Source: Octopus sinensis
Taxonomy: Eukaryota
Length of the DNA stretch: 64,000 nucleotides
NCBI RefSeq assembly: GCF_006345805.1
Contig: NC_043005.1
Coordinates: 103,044,001-103,108,000, forward strand
Direction of reading: 5' to 3'
Part shown: positions 52,540 through 64,000 of the stretch, piece after piece
Layout of the letters: each line of letters starts with the position of its first letter
Numbering within the stretch: the stretch's first letter is position 1
Program-made: the position numbers and the translations under genes
Notes under the pieces: model-generated
Database searches by the model: none
Told to the model about the DNA's origin: nothing
Seen by the model: only the letters and a program-made list of their open reading frames with translations

Positions 52540-54429
52540 AGCACATATTCATGTGTGTGTTGGCTCGCACTTGTTTCACTGTTTCTGTGCGTGTGGATCT
52601 TCCGGTGTTTTTGTACCGCACGGTGCAACGATTACGTCGAAAATTCTCTCTTTTCATGCAAAACGCACCATGCTTCCCGAGTTACGCCCTTGCTATTCGT
52701 GAAATCGAAAATGCTGCGAATCATTGAAACGACGACTTAAAGATCTAACCATCGTCTCTACTGTGCATTAAGTAAGATAAAAAAGTCAATGTTTACTCAC
52801 CGTAAGCATCGCTGAACATCCCAAGCTCTGCACCGTACTCAAATATATATCTAAATGTGTGTTTGTGTGTGTCTGTGTGTCTGTCTGTTTGTCTTTTACT
52901 GTTGTTGGTTCAATAGAGTATTTTCTCCCTTTAACAGACAATCGCAATGACTGTAATATGTAGATTATTTAAAGGATATACGTGGTTCTAGAGAGTTCAA
53001 TGAACTCATTGTTTATCATACTAGTGTTTGGTTATGTAAATATACATTAAGCGAAGGTGAGCAGAATTGGCAACACAAGGCTGAATTCAAATTGCCTATC
53101 ATCAAATTCGCTTTTCACTCCTACCCAGAGACCAGAAAGTTGCTTGTCAACTTTCTGAGCCAAAGAAGGAGCTTCTAAGTGAACACCAAATATACAAGAA
53201 ATAGCCGTAAAATGTCTTTCCTATTATTCCCTACCGTTTTATGACACGTTATTTTTGTAATCAGTCGTCTCGCTAGACAGAACAGTAGCTTTTAGTTTTC
53301 ATTCAAACGGTGCCATATCTACATGAACCAAGAAAGGAGAATGTGAACAGGGAATCTGCATTCTGCAAGGTCCTGGGAATGGACATCATGGTAATATTTG
53401 GTGATATATTTGTTTATTCATCTTCAAATTATAACGACTACTAATTGAGCTGCGATATTAGAGAATGCAGTTATAGGTACATTCTCTCTTGCATACTTTT
53501 TATGATGAATGTTATCGATAAGACTAACGTCGTATTAAAAGGACAAAACAATAGCAACTATGTGGTTCGTTCGATGAACTATGTTCGTCACTACTACACA
53601 GTAAACGTGATTTTATTAATTATTTCGTGAGGAGATTGAACACCACCAGTGATTTTTGAAGTCCTTTGTAAACTGATAGTTTCGAAGCTGAATAAACCTT
53701 GTGTCGGGAATATTTTGAGAAAAAACTCATTCCAACAAATTAGTTTTGAGAGGAAGAGTTTGCGTGATTTTCATTGCTGTTACTTTGTTTTCATGCTGGT
53801 GCTGTTGGTTTAAATCTTCAGATCTGCCATATTTGAATACTGGACTTGTGCCAAAATTTGAAACCATATTTCGTCCTTCCTGTACTAATAAAATAACTGG
53901 TACTCATTTACAAATGGTGATGTAGTTCACAATACCTCTACGTCTAGACATTTGTGAAATTGTGTCTATGTTAGAAACTATGGTTTGAAGTTAACAAAGT
54001 GACAATTATAGACTGATTCATTAAAGTTTGATTCTCATTATTTTCTTAACGTTCCTGGTTCGGAAGCCTCTGGGTGACTTAAATAATATCACTTCTTGGC
54101 TCATTCAGTTACGTAACAATTATGTTCTAAGTTTTGCGAAAATATATCATTATTATTAATTCAATGAAATGCGACAAGTTGTCAGAATCATTTGCTCGAA
54201 GAATAAAATGTTTAGCAGCATTTCATCTGGCTTTAAGTTCTTGGTTCAAATACCACCAAAGCTGGGGTTGCCTTTCATCGTTTCCAAGTCGGTGAATAAC
54301 TACCTGTTAAATTCTGGAACCAATCTAATCGACATTCCTGTCCTCATGGAACTGATTGGCAAAATTTGGAAGAGCTATTCTTTTCTACTCTAAATACTTA
54401 TTTCTCTACTACCTACTAGATGCTAAACA

Positions 54430-54630
54430 AAGAGTAGACAAACAAGGACAGACAGACGGATTAAGTCAATCATATCGACCCCAGTGCGTAACTGGTACTT
54501 AATTTATCGACCCCGAAAGGACGAACGGTAAAGTTGACCTCGGCGGAATTTGAACTCAGAACTTAACGGCAGACGAAATACGGCTACGCATTTCGCCCGG
54601 CATGCTAACGTTTCTGCCAGCTCGCCGCCT
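54430..54630 (-). mobile_element. Family A SINE
   Basis: Central block present. Head GCCAGCTCGCCGCC ends at ~54629. Confidence 0.88.
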
Positions 54631-55879
54631 TAAAATTATGAAGAGCTATTATTAACACAATAATTAACAAATATATCCCAGTTCTTTGCCCACTTGTAGC
54701 TACAATAAATCAAATGATGTTTTGGTTGCTAGAAATGACCGAATAATAATAATTGCACTTCTGACTCTACGATATCATTTGCATATTCCGTAAGAATAAA
54801 AAGAAATTACGGTAAAATAGATACAAATGAACTCCTAGATTGACTTTTAACATTTAAACAAGTGCATTGGTTTTAAGGGGACATAAATGATTAAATCGAT
54901 ACCAGTGTTTGGTTGGTACATTGTATTATCCTTCTTGGATGAATGAATATAAATCACAAAGCTGCCCTTATCGAAACTGAGCTGTTTCCATCAAACACTT
55001 CCAGGCATTTAATTCTGAAATAGTTTACATTAAGTTCAATTCATTTCTGAAACTTACAGAAGCGTCTGAAGTAGCGACAAAATAATAGAGATTGTAGCAT
55101 CTTTAAATACTGGGGCGCTGTTTGTTGTTTTAATCTTGTGCTGAGTTCAAATCGCAATTTTGCGTGGAATCAACACTATAGATTTTTTTTTATTTGAAAG
55201 AAAATGAGTAATACAATAGAATGTGAAAGGTATTTGTTCGTTGAATGGATATATACATAGTACTACTGGGCTAATACTGCGATGATATTAAATTCTTACT
55301 GGAATCGTAAATAAAAAGAAGATAAAGGATAAATAACATTCATGAGTCATGCAGACTTGTAATCATTCCTGAGTCATGCAGACTCATAGGGCCGGTTTCG
55401 CAGTTTCCGTAGCGTATATATTACACCTTTTTCCCAGCTGAGTTGACTCGCGCAAAATAAAATGAAGTATTTTGCTTAAGAACACAACGCGTCGCTCGGT
55501 CCGGGAATTGGAACCACAGTCTTTCCTAATCATTAAACCACGCGCCTCCACAATGGACTAGCATTTGACTGATTTTCAAAATAATCGCTTATTGGTACAC
55601 AAGTGCTGCATATGCTAATGCATATTCACGCCATACAAAACACATTCACACAATGTAGTCGCAGACACCTAATACAAACTCCAAGACACCACAGTAGAAT
55701 TACAAATACCCCATACAAATGCATAAGTATCAGGTTCAAAAACATAAATACCTCATAGAGACGCAAGCACCACATATAGAAACACTAACATTTCATGCTG
55801 ACGAACACTTATAGATACTTTTTATAATACAGTCCTATATTTAAGAGATATGGAATTATGTGGATTATTTGCACTATTT

Positions 55880-56048
55880 ACATTATTTACATTTGGCGGA
55901 TATTTGTCCTCATCTTGTTTGTTGTTAACACAACATTTCGGCTGATATACCCTCCAGCCTTCTTCAGGTGTCTTGGGGAAATTTCGAACCTGGGTTCTCA
56001 TTCCTGAGGTATTTTTCGATGATCTTATTATTATTATTATTATTATTA

Positions 56049-56095
<47 letters not shown>

Positions 56096-56166
56096 TCACT
56101 GCCTGGAATCGAACTCGGAATCTTGGGCTTAGTAGCGCGCGCTCTTAACCACTACGCCATATGCCC
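55880..56166 (-). mobile_element. tRNA-derived SINE family E with internal (AAT)n and a hammerhead-type 3' tail
   Basis: Minus strand: GGGCATATGGCGTAGTGGTTAAGAGCGC (A-box), GAGTTCGATTCCAGG (B-box), (AAT)n, then GACAC-CTGAAGA-A-GGCTG-loop-CAGCC-GAAA-TG-TT-GTGTT at 55972-55927. Confidence 0.85.
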
Positions 56167-56350
56167 AAGACTCCGAGTTCGATTCCAGGCAGTGACCTCA
56201 ATAATAATAATAATAATAATAGCATTACAATACTTTAGTAATGAGAACCCAGGTTCGAAATTTCCCCAAGACACCTAATGATAGCTGAACGGTATATCTG
56301 CTGAAACAAACAAGATGAGGACAAATATCCGTTAAATGTAAATAATGTAA
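56163..56350 (+). mobile_element. 5'-truncated, more diverged inverted copy of family E
   Basis: GCCCAAGACTCCGAGTTCGATTCCAGGCAGTGACCT..AATGAGAACCCAGGTTCGAAATTTCCCCAAGACACCT..GAGGACAAATATCCG. Confidence 0.85.
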
Positions 56351-56840
56351 ATGATACTATTTTATAGTTCATCAATCGAAAGACCATTTTCAGAGATTTC
56401 GAGATGTATGAAAATAAAACTAAATAATCGCTAGTCATGTTGTTCAGCAGAAGGAATCAGTCTACTGAGATATCAAAATATTCCTGGCCATTTGCTTCTA
56501 CATTTAGAAAAAAATTCAAATAGCTGTACTTTTATCACTACCTCATTGTATCAAACTCAGAAGAAATAAAATGTATTTGATAGCAACAACCTTGGTTAGC
56601 TTTTCTCAGTTTTCTTTTCTTTCAGTAATTCATTTCTTTATTACTTCTACATTTCGATTTAATCCTACCTTCAAAACTTGTATACAATGCAACTTTTGTA
56701 TTCTTAGAATTGTTATTAAACAATAAGATTAATGGTAAAGGATGTCTCAAACTAAAACTAATTTTCGTACTGGGCTCCCCCACTCCAGTGGGTGGAGGTT
56801 TCCCCACAGGATACGAATTGAATGATAGATACACGGAAGA

Positions 56841-57074
56841 TAGGCGGCGAGCTGGCAGAATCGTTAGCACGCCGGGCGAAATGCGTAGCCGTAATTCGTC
56901 TGCCGTTACAATCTGGGTTCAAATTTCGCCGAGGTTGACTTTGCCTTTCATCCTTTCGGGGTCGATAAATTAAGTACCAGTTACGCACTGGGGTCGATGT
57001 AATCGACTAAATCCGTTTATCTGTCCTTGTTTGTCCCCTCTGTGTTTAGCCCCTTGTGGGTAGTTAAGAAATAG
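56841..57074 (+). mobile_element. Family A SINE, full length with 16-bp TSD
   Basis: TSD ATAGATACACGGAAGA at 56825-56840 and 57075-57090. Confidence 0.93.
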
Positions 57075-58653
57075 ATAGATACACGGAAGAGCCTTTAAAC
57101 CATTACAATGTTAGTAAATTCTTCTATTATCTGAATAAGTCTTTTTATACATATAACACTTGGATACCGCGGAAAAATATGTTGACCTCAGTGCATGACT
57201 GTTACTTGTTAAAATTTAAAACATTTGTGACCATATTTAACCTCGACAAATTGTGAGTTCAGAACGCAAAACAAGGGAGAAAAAGGTGATGAAGTATTTA
57301 ATCAATCAATTACCCCCTTGTTTCACTCTACTACTTTACTTTCCAAAGTATCACATAAGCAATAGAATAATACATAAATTTAAACGACCACTTAATTTGG
57401 TAATAAGGAGTACTTGATTCAATAAACAACGGTCGTAATATAGAAATTTGCCAACTTAATATAATATGTTAGTCTTAATAGAATACTTCGCAGTCTTAAA
57501 AGTGTATTTAGCGGTCGCTTTCGTCATTATATGTTGAAAAGAAGTGATACATGAGTCAATAAGGTATCTGATATCTACCGCGGGAGTATATCCTGGCACT
57601 TAAACAGACTTATTACTATGGTTATTACAATTAACTCATACTTCAGTTTGTCCTGAATCAACTAGCTACGAATATCGATCAAAGTAGTAGTACCAATGTG
57701 AAACCAAAATGTATTTCACTTCACACAATGTTTATTTTAGGTACTAACGTGAGCTTGGAATTAACACCATAGATTCGTTAAATAACAACATTTTCACGTT
57801 TACACTTACTATATTCTTGTGTATATTCAGAATAAGTTATGTTACTGTAGGTTTATGTTCAGTTGTAAACGGAGTCATTTCTCATTTACAATATTCCTTG
57901 CACGTTCTGTCAAAACCAAAATAAATTAAAGCCTTTCTCCATGGCAGCCAAATTTTATTTAAAGGTACATATGGAGTGTTACAGAAGAAGCTATCGGCTG
58001 AAATGTAGTCAGAGTGGCCATTGCATATACCGAGTTCTCAGTGAAGGAAAACTACTTACATTGCTAACACTTTGTCTTTATTCTGCCCTGTGATACATTG
58101 TATATTTCATGTCCCTCCCATTAATTATGTAGGCAAAAAAAAAACAACAACAAGTAAACTGGCGATTAATTAAGAGTCTTCCCGTGCGAATGCAATTCTG
58201 AAGAATATTTCTGGCACAAAAATTTGAAATGTTTTCATCATGTAACAACAATTTTTCCATGTCACCTGCTTTTGCCGTTATTTTGCCTGTGAAAAAATTA
58301 TAAAATTAGTTGGATATTGAAAAACAATTTATGGTGTTCACTAAATTAGATTGAGACGATTAACTACTTCCATTTGAAGTGCGTTGATGAAAGATATTTG
58401 TTTCTGCATTAATGCCAGCTCACATGAAATCAAAAGAAACCTATATTATGCAGATACCAATCCGGGAAGTATGTCAGGTACAAAAATCTAATAATCTAAA
58501 GATACTAATATGCTTCGTGGAGTATAGTGTAGTGGAATATCGTAAGGAAAGAGTTTAATTGCTATGACGACAAACATGTCTTATTGTGAAATATGTGACT
58601 ATATGTCCCACCTTCTTTGTCCTCAACTCAAAGAAAACCGTCGTATATGTATG

Positions 58654-58722
<69 letters not shown>

Positions 58723-58728
58723 TTATAT

Positions 58729-58781
<53 letters not shown>

Positions 58782-58819
58782 TTATATTATATTATATATA
58801 TGTGTGTGTGTGTGTGTGT

Positions 58820-59030
58820 GTTTGTGTGTCTGTGTTTGTCTCCCCAACATCGCTTGACAGCCGATGCTGGTGTGTTTACGTCCCCGTAACTTGGCGGTTC
58901 GACAAAAGGGACCGATAGAATAAGTACTAGGCTTACAAAGAAGTCCCGGGGTCGATTTGCTCGAAAAAAGGCGGTGCTCCATCTTGGCCGCAGTCAAATG
59001 ACTGAAACAAGTAAAAGAGTAAAAGAGTAA
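58820..59030 (+). mobile_element. Family C SINE 3' half
   Basis: Near-identical to 52270-52480. Confidence 0.85.
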
Positions 59031-60140
59031 AAGAGAGAGAATGAGAAAGAAATGGGACTCCGGTATCTTTAAACAAAACAAAATCTGTTTTTAGGTTAAA
59101 TACAGATAGTACGAGCAAATCTGATCGATGAGAGGGACATTAATAGTAAATACCGCTAGGTATACAGAATAAGTAGAATCCAAAGGTTCAGTTACTAATA
59201 TTGTTGGTATTGATTAGCATCTATATTGCTTCCTATTTCGACACGAGACTATTAAATTTGTGAGGAGTCTTTGCATAAACTATGAACGTCAATATTTGAC
59301 TTATACTCTATTACATTTATTTCGAAAGTATAAAAGGGTAGTTGTCTTTTGAGGGATCTAAAACCAGAACGTAAATAGCTAGAACAATTAAAGCAAGGCA
59401 TTATTCCGACCCACAAAGTATTCTTCCAGTGTAAGTATTCTGCATTCTTGCAAACAGATAAGAAAGTGCATTTTAACCATAAATATCTACTTTTTCTAGC
59501 AGCATCTAGGAACTAGATTAGAAAAACGTGTTGCAGGTTGAATAACAATGGTAGATGTTCAGTCCGTCGTTCGAAACAGTTTTCAATGATTCGAATAATT
59601 CTTGTGCTAACAATATATCTATATTTTCGTGATAAACCATCTTTCAGTGTAAGAAGAAAACATAGAAAAGATAGAAAGAGAGAGAGAGACATACACACAG
59701 AAAGAGGAAGGAAGAAAGGCAGACAGAAGGAGAGGGAAAGAGAGAGAATCATGTGATGGATATTTCCTCTTACGACATAGACATGCAATGATTAGTTTTA
59801 CATGCAAGGTTCTTTAAAGATAAGGGACTTTGATGTTAATGAACTTAAATCTTGCAATATCTAGATTTAAACAAAAATAATAAAAATACAGGAAAATTTG
59901 ACCGAATTTTCTGTAGGAAATTAAACCTAATTGAAAACATCTAAATTAAAAGATAGCTCCATACAGGAAGATAGATCAAAATTGCTAAGCCATATTAAGA
60001 AGAAAATAAATCTATTATGTTGTTAAAGCTATATAACTGACGGAAATTCATTCTATACTGTATGTAATATGGCTGATTTTGGATTCAATTTGCCATTAAA
60101 CATTTTAAACTCTATTCTGATACTTATCCCTACATTACTC

Positions 60141-60143
60141 ATT

Positions 60144-60214
<71 letters not shown>

Positions 60215-60216
60215 CA

Positions 60217-60262
<46 letters not shown>

Positions 60263-60318
60263 CATTATTATAATTATCATTATTATTATTATTATTATCA
60301 TTATTATTATTATTATTA

Positions 60319-60353
<35 letters not shown>

Positions 60354-60530
60354 TATTATCATTATCATTATATTATTATTATTATCATTATTATAATTAT
60401 CATTATTATTATTATTATTATCATTATTATTATTATTATATTATTATTATTATTATATTATTATTATTATTATTATTATTATCATTATTATTATTATTAT
60501 TATCATTATTATAATTATCATTATTATTAT
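60141..60530. repeat. Long (ATT/ATC)n tract
   Basis: Read directly. It explains the poly-Ile ORFs. Confidence 0.97.
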
Positions 60531-60813
60531 GTTCAGATTCAGCGGCAACAAGAGTATTGGTAACCGTCGAGGAATCAGCAGCATCAAAATTCTTACGTTT
60601 AATAATCATCTTGTACCGCGTACGATTAACGTTATTTTTAGTGTTTTCATTTTTATTGACTTATGATAATTTCTATCGCAGCAATGAAGTGGAGTAATTG
60701 ACGAAATTGAATGAAGCTAATTTCAACTTCACGTGACATTAAAATATGTCACCCCTCTCCTTCCCTCTAACATTACTCAGCTTCCCTTATTCTCTAGCTA
60801 CACATATATATAG

Positions 60814-60844
<31 letters not shown>

Positions 60845-60982
60845 TGTATACGTAGATATGAATGTATGTATGTATGTATGTGTGTATGTATGTATACGTA
60901 GATATGAATGTATGATATATCTATATATTTCTCTAGCTATATCTATTCATCTATACATGCATACATATATAAATATACATAT

Positions 60983-61027
<45 letters not shown>

Positions 61028-61569
61028 ATGTGTGTGTATATATGTATGTATGCATGTGCATATATATATATATAAATATATATAGATAGATAGATATATA
61101 CATACATATACATATATATATATATATGAAATGAATAGGTTAGATACATAGCTAACTAGATAGGCAGATACATAGATAGATAGATAGATAGACAGATAGA
61201 TAGATAGACAGACAGACGACAGATAGATAGATAGATCATACATACATACATAGACAGACTGACAAATAGATAGGTATACGTCTTTGTAATAATATGTTTT
61301 CAAAATATCAGTTCAGCATCTTATAGGTAGAAAGTCGTATTTTTCAGCTTTTTCTGGTCACAATAATGTATGTGTACTCTCTCTAAAGACTGGGACGAGA
61401 GCCAAGATTCCATATGGCAGGCTTGATATTTGATGGGAGATTTCTCCCGGCATGAGACTAATAGTATTCTTGTTAATCTACAAGCAAAGAACATTTATCT
61501 ACGAATGCGATGTTGAGCAGTGATTCTCACTTTTCAATATCAATATGTGAATATATATATATAATATTG

Positions 61570-61880
61570 CATTTCTAAATATCTCAGAGAGATATAAGCA
61601 GTCGTGGTACGATAGAGCAGTTGTATACTGTCAACTTAACGTGACAGTCCCATTAAGGGAATCACACCACCGCTATTTAGCCCTAGGAAGCATCGACGCT
61701 TCCTGTCGTCCTTGACACATTTCCAGTCTCCTTATGTTTACAAAAGGGAGACAAGCACCCCCATCCAGCTAAGCCTGCATCGAGAAACTAGTTTCTGAGT
61801 CTTGCTCGTCATCAGTCTGAAATAGCATGGCTTGCTTGCTGCAGATTCCTGTCTAGACCTTGTAAACATATATAATTAAC
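61570..61880 (-). repeat. Dispersed repeat family F with a minimal hammerhead-like motif; partial second copy at 63670-63821
   Basis: 61571-61722 aligns to 63670-63821. Minus-strand motif AGA-CTGATGA-C-GAG-caaga-CTC-A-GAAA-C-TA-G-TT-TCT at 61818-61783. Confidence 0.75.
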
Positions 61881-64000
61881 CCAGTGAATTAATCCACTAA
61901 TCACAAAAAATCAGAGTTTTACTCAAGCTAATTCGATGAAATAATTCTTTTATCAAGATCATCACTAATCTAAATAACTATAATCATAAAGGTTCCAACC
62001 ATGACCTCACTGTATATCTTTTTTATTATAGTATATCTAGTTTTGGTGGAACTTATCGCTCCTTCTTAGCGATCGATCAAGAGCATAGCTATAATTGAAT
62101 TTAGTACACGAATTAGACTCTCAAGCATTGTTCATTTGTTTATTGAAGAGCATGTGACCTTTTACATATGATCATGGCAACTAGCGATAAACGATTAAAT
62201 GAAAGACCTACTGAAAATTCACTAGAGCTTGCAGAGATAGCTATCAGATCGCTTGAATCACACCTTAGAGAACTTACTTGATAATGTAGCCTGAAAGATG
62301 CTATCTACTAAAAGAACGCCTTTGGTCATATGATTGTTCACACAATGGCTTTTGGGTTAAGCAATTCTCTGGGTAATTGTCAAACTTCTTAACAATAGAC
62401 TGTAATATTACTAATAATTAAAACCCTTTGCCAAGTGTCCTCCTATTTACTTTGGTAACAACAAAGGAATGACTGCCAAAATATGAATTACACTGGAGCA
62501 ACGAAATTCCTACAGGCAGTTTCATGTGAGAATATAATTCTACGACTCTTAGATTTGCTTTTGTATTTTAGTACAGCACAAAAGGTCAGAACTATTCATG
62601 GGTATTTTATCTTCTCTTCAGCACACGAGGTTTTGTAATTAAATTATGCCTTAAAGCAAATATTCAGAGACTGAAAAGAGAATCAGTGCAAGTAGACTAG
62701 AATCACTAAAAACAAAAAAGAAAAACGACGACGTTAATTGTAATTGAAATAAAATGTCTGCTGTATCTCGTTTGATTTGCTAGCAATCATTACAAATGAC
62801 ATTTCTGGTGGTTGTTAAAAGAATTAATAACTTTATTCTCACTAAATATCTTAGACGGCAATCTGTCCAATAACATTTCACCTGATTATAATGATTTTAA
62901 TTTGTCAGGAAGTTGTTTTAGTAACTGAGTAATAGAAGTAGCAGTGTCTTATAGAGAAATCGGCAATCCAGAAATTTACTGATTAACAATGAGAAAATTG
63001 AATTGGCAGAATTACCAGTGACCGGAGGTGCTGTGCCAAAACAAAAGTCGTATTGATTAATGTGAGTTTTTCAGAGACTAGCTACGCCTTATCCACATTC
63101 ACGTGGTACGAGCTATACAAAATATGTCTAATAAGCTTCAACATTTTCATGTCTAGAGGTTAAGATTAAAACCACGTGTACTGAATTCATTCTAAGTTTT
63201 AGCTATCAAATACAGCAAATACTGTAGAGGGTACTAAGATTTCTAAAAGCAACCTACTAAGTATATTCTTATTTATAAGCCAAGCACTTAGGTTAGGGAC
63301 TCAAACATATTTCAAATGCACGAAAAACATTTTCTAAATTAAAAATAACATAATATGTTGTAAACCACGAAAATCTAATTGGAAATACAAACGCAGTTAT
63401 GAAGAATTGTTTTAGTTCAATGACTAGTATCATTTTAATTAGTTCGACATGTAGCCTGTAGTTTACATCTGGCTTGTCTCGTCAGCAAAGAAGCCAAGGA
63501 AAATATATATCCACGAGGCGACACCAGCGACGCCTCGAGTCTATATATTCTAAATTTTCAAAATCCACCGTCACCGCGCAATCTTCTCAGCAGCAAATAT
63601 AAACTGCTGATATAATTTCAAAATTAGCCAAAAAATCATTAATTATATATATATATATATATATAATAAATTTCTAAATATCTCAGAGAGATATAAGCAG
63701 TGTTGGTACGATAGAGCAGTTGTATACTGTCAACTTAACGAGACAGTCCCATAAAAGGGATCACCTCACCGCTATTTAGCGCTAGGAATCATCAACGCTT
63801 CCTGTCGGCCTTGACACATTTGCAGGGTAGCAAAAAATTCAAGAAAAATTTATCGCCACCAGCGGTCTAGTGAGAAAGAAAAAATAGTCACAGACTATAT
63901 ATATGTAATTTCAACAATATTAAGAATGACCCTGATAGGCCATTCGACTCACCAGAAAGAGCAGCCAAACTCAAACCGCTAAATAGTTGTAATTCTGAAA

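Noticed and set aside
52801-52850. Minus-strand exon encoding YIFEYGAELGMFSDAY before GTGAGT
   Set aside because: The donor is good but the acceptor region is purine-rich (CA)n, the longer version has a stop in that frame, and no family was recognised.
58454-58477. 24-nt plus-strand microexon (TNPGSMS)
   Set aside because: Weak polypyrimidine tract and weak donor (GTACAA). Expected by chance in 64 kb.

Overview
A 64-kb, AT-rich, microsatellite-dense eukaryotic window. It is inferred to be cephalopod (Octopus-like) from its tRNA-derived SINE families and (TA)n/(CA)n/(TATC)n load. No intact protein-coding gene is supportable, and almost all ORFs in the supplied track are microsatellite artefacts. 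The coding relics are all transposon-derived: a Tx1/L1-type LINE 3' end, two Penelope-like RT fragments, an RTE LINE, an RLE-type (R4/Dong-like) non-LTR 3' end, a mariner N-terminus and a Helitron helicase motif. There are also many SINEs and several MITEs with clear TSDs. The main unexplained signal is a set of type I hammerhead-ribozyme (HHR) folds in at least six unrelated repeat contexts. The best case is a 441-nt tandem unit (19754-20590) in which each copy carries a complete HHR with a GUC cleavage site, the architecture expected of a circRNA-producing non-LTR retrozyme. One tRNA-SINE also carries a minimal HHR in its 3' tail. All folds were paired by eye. No folding software, database search or activity data were available.
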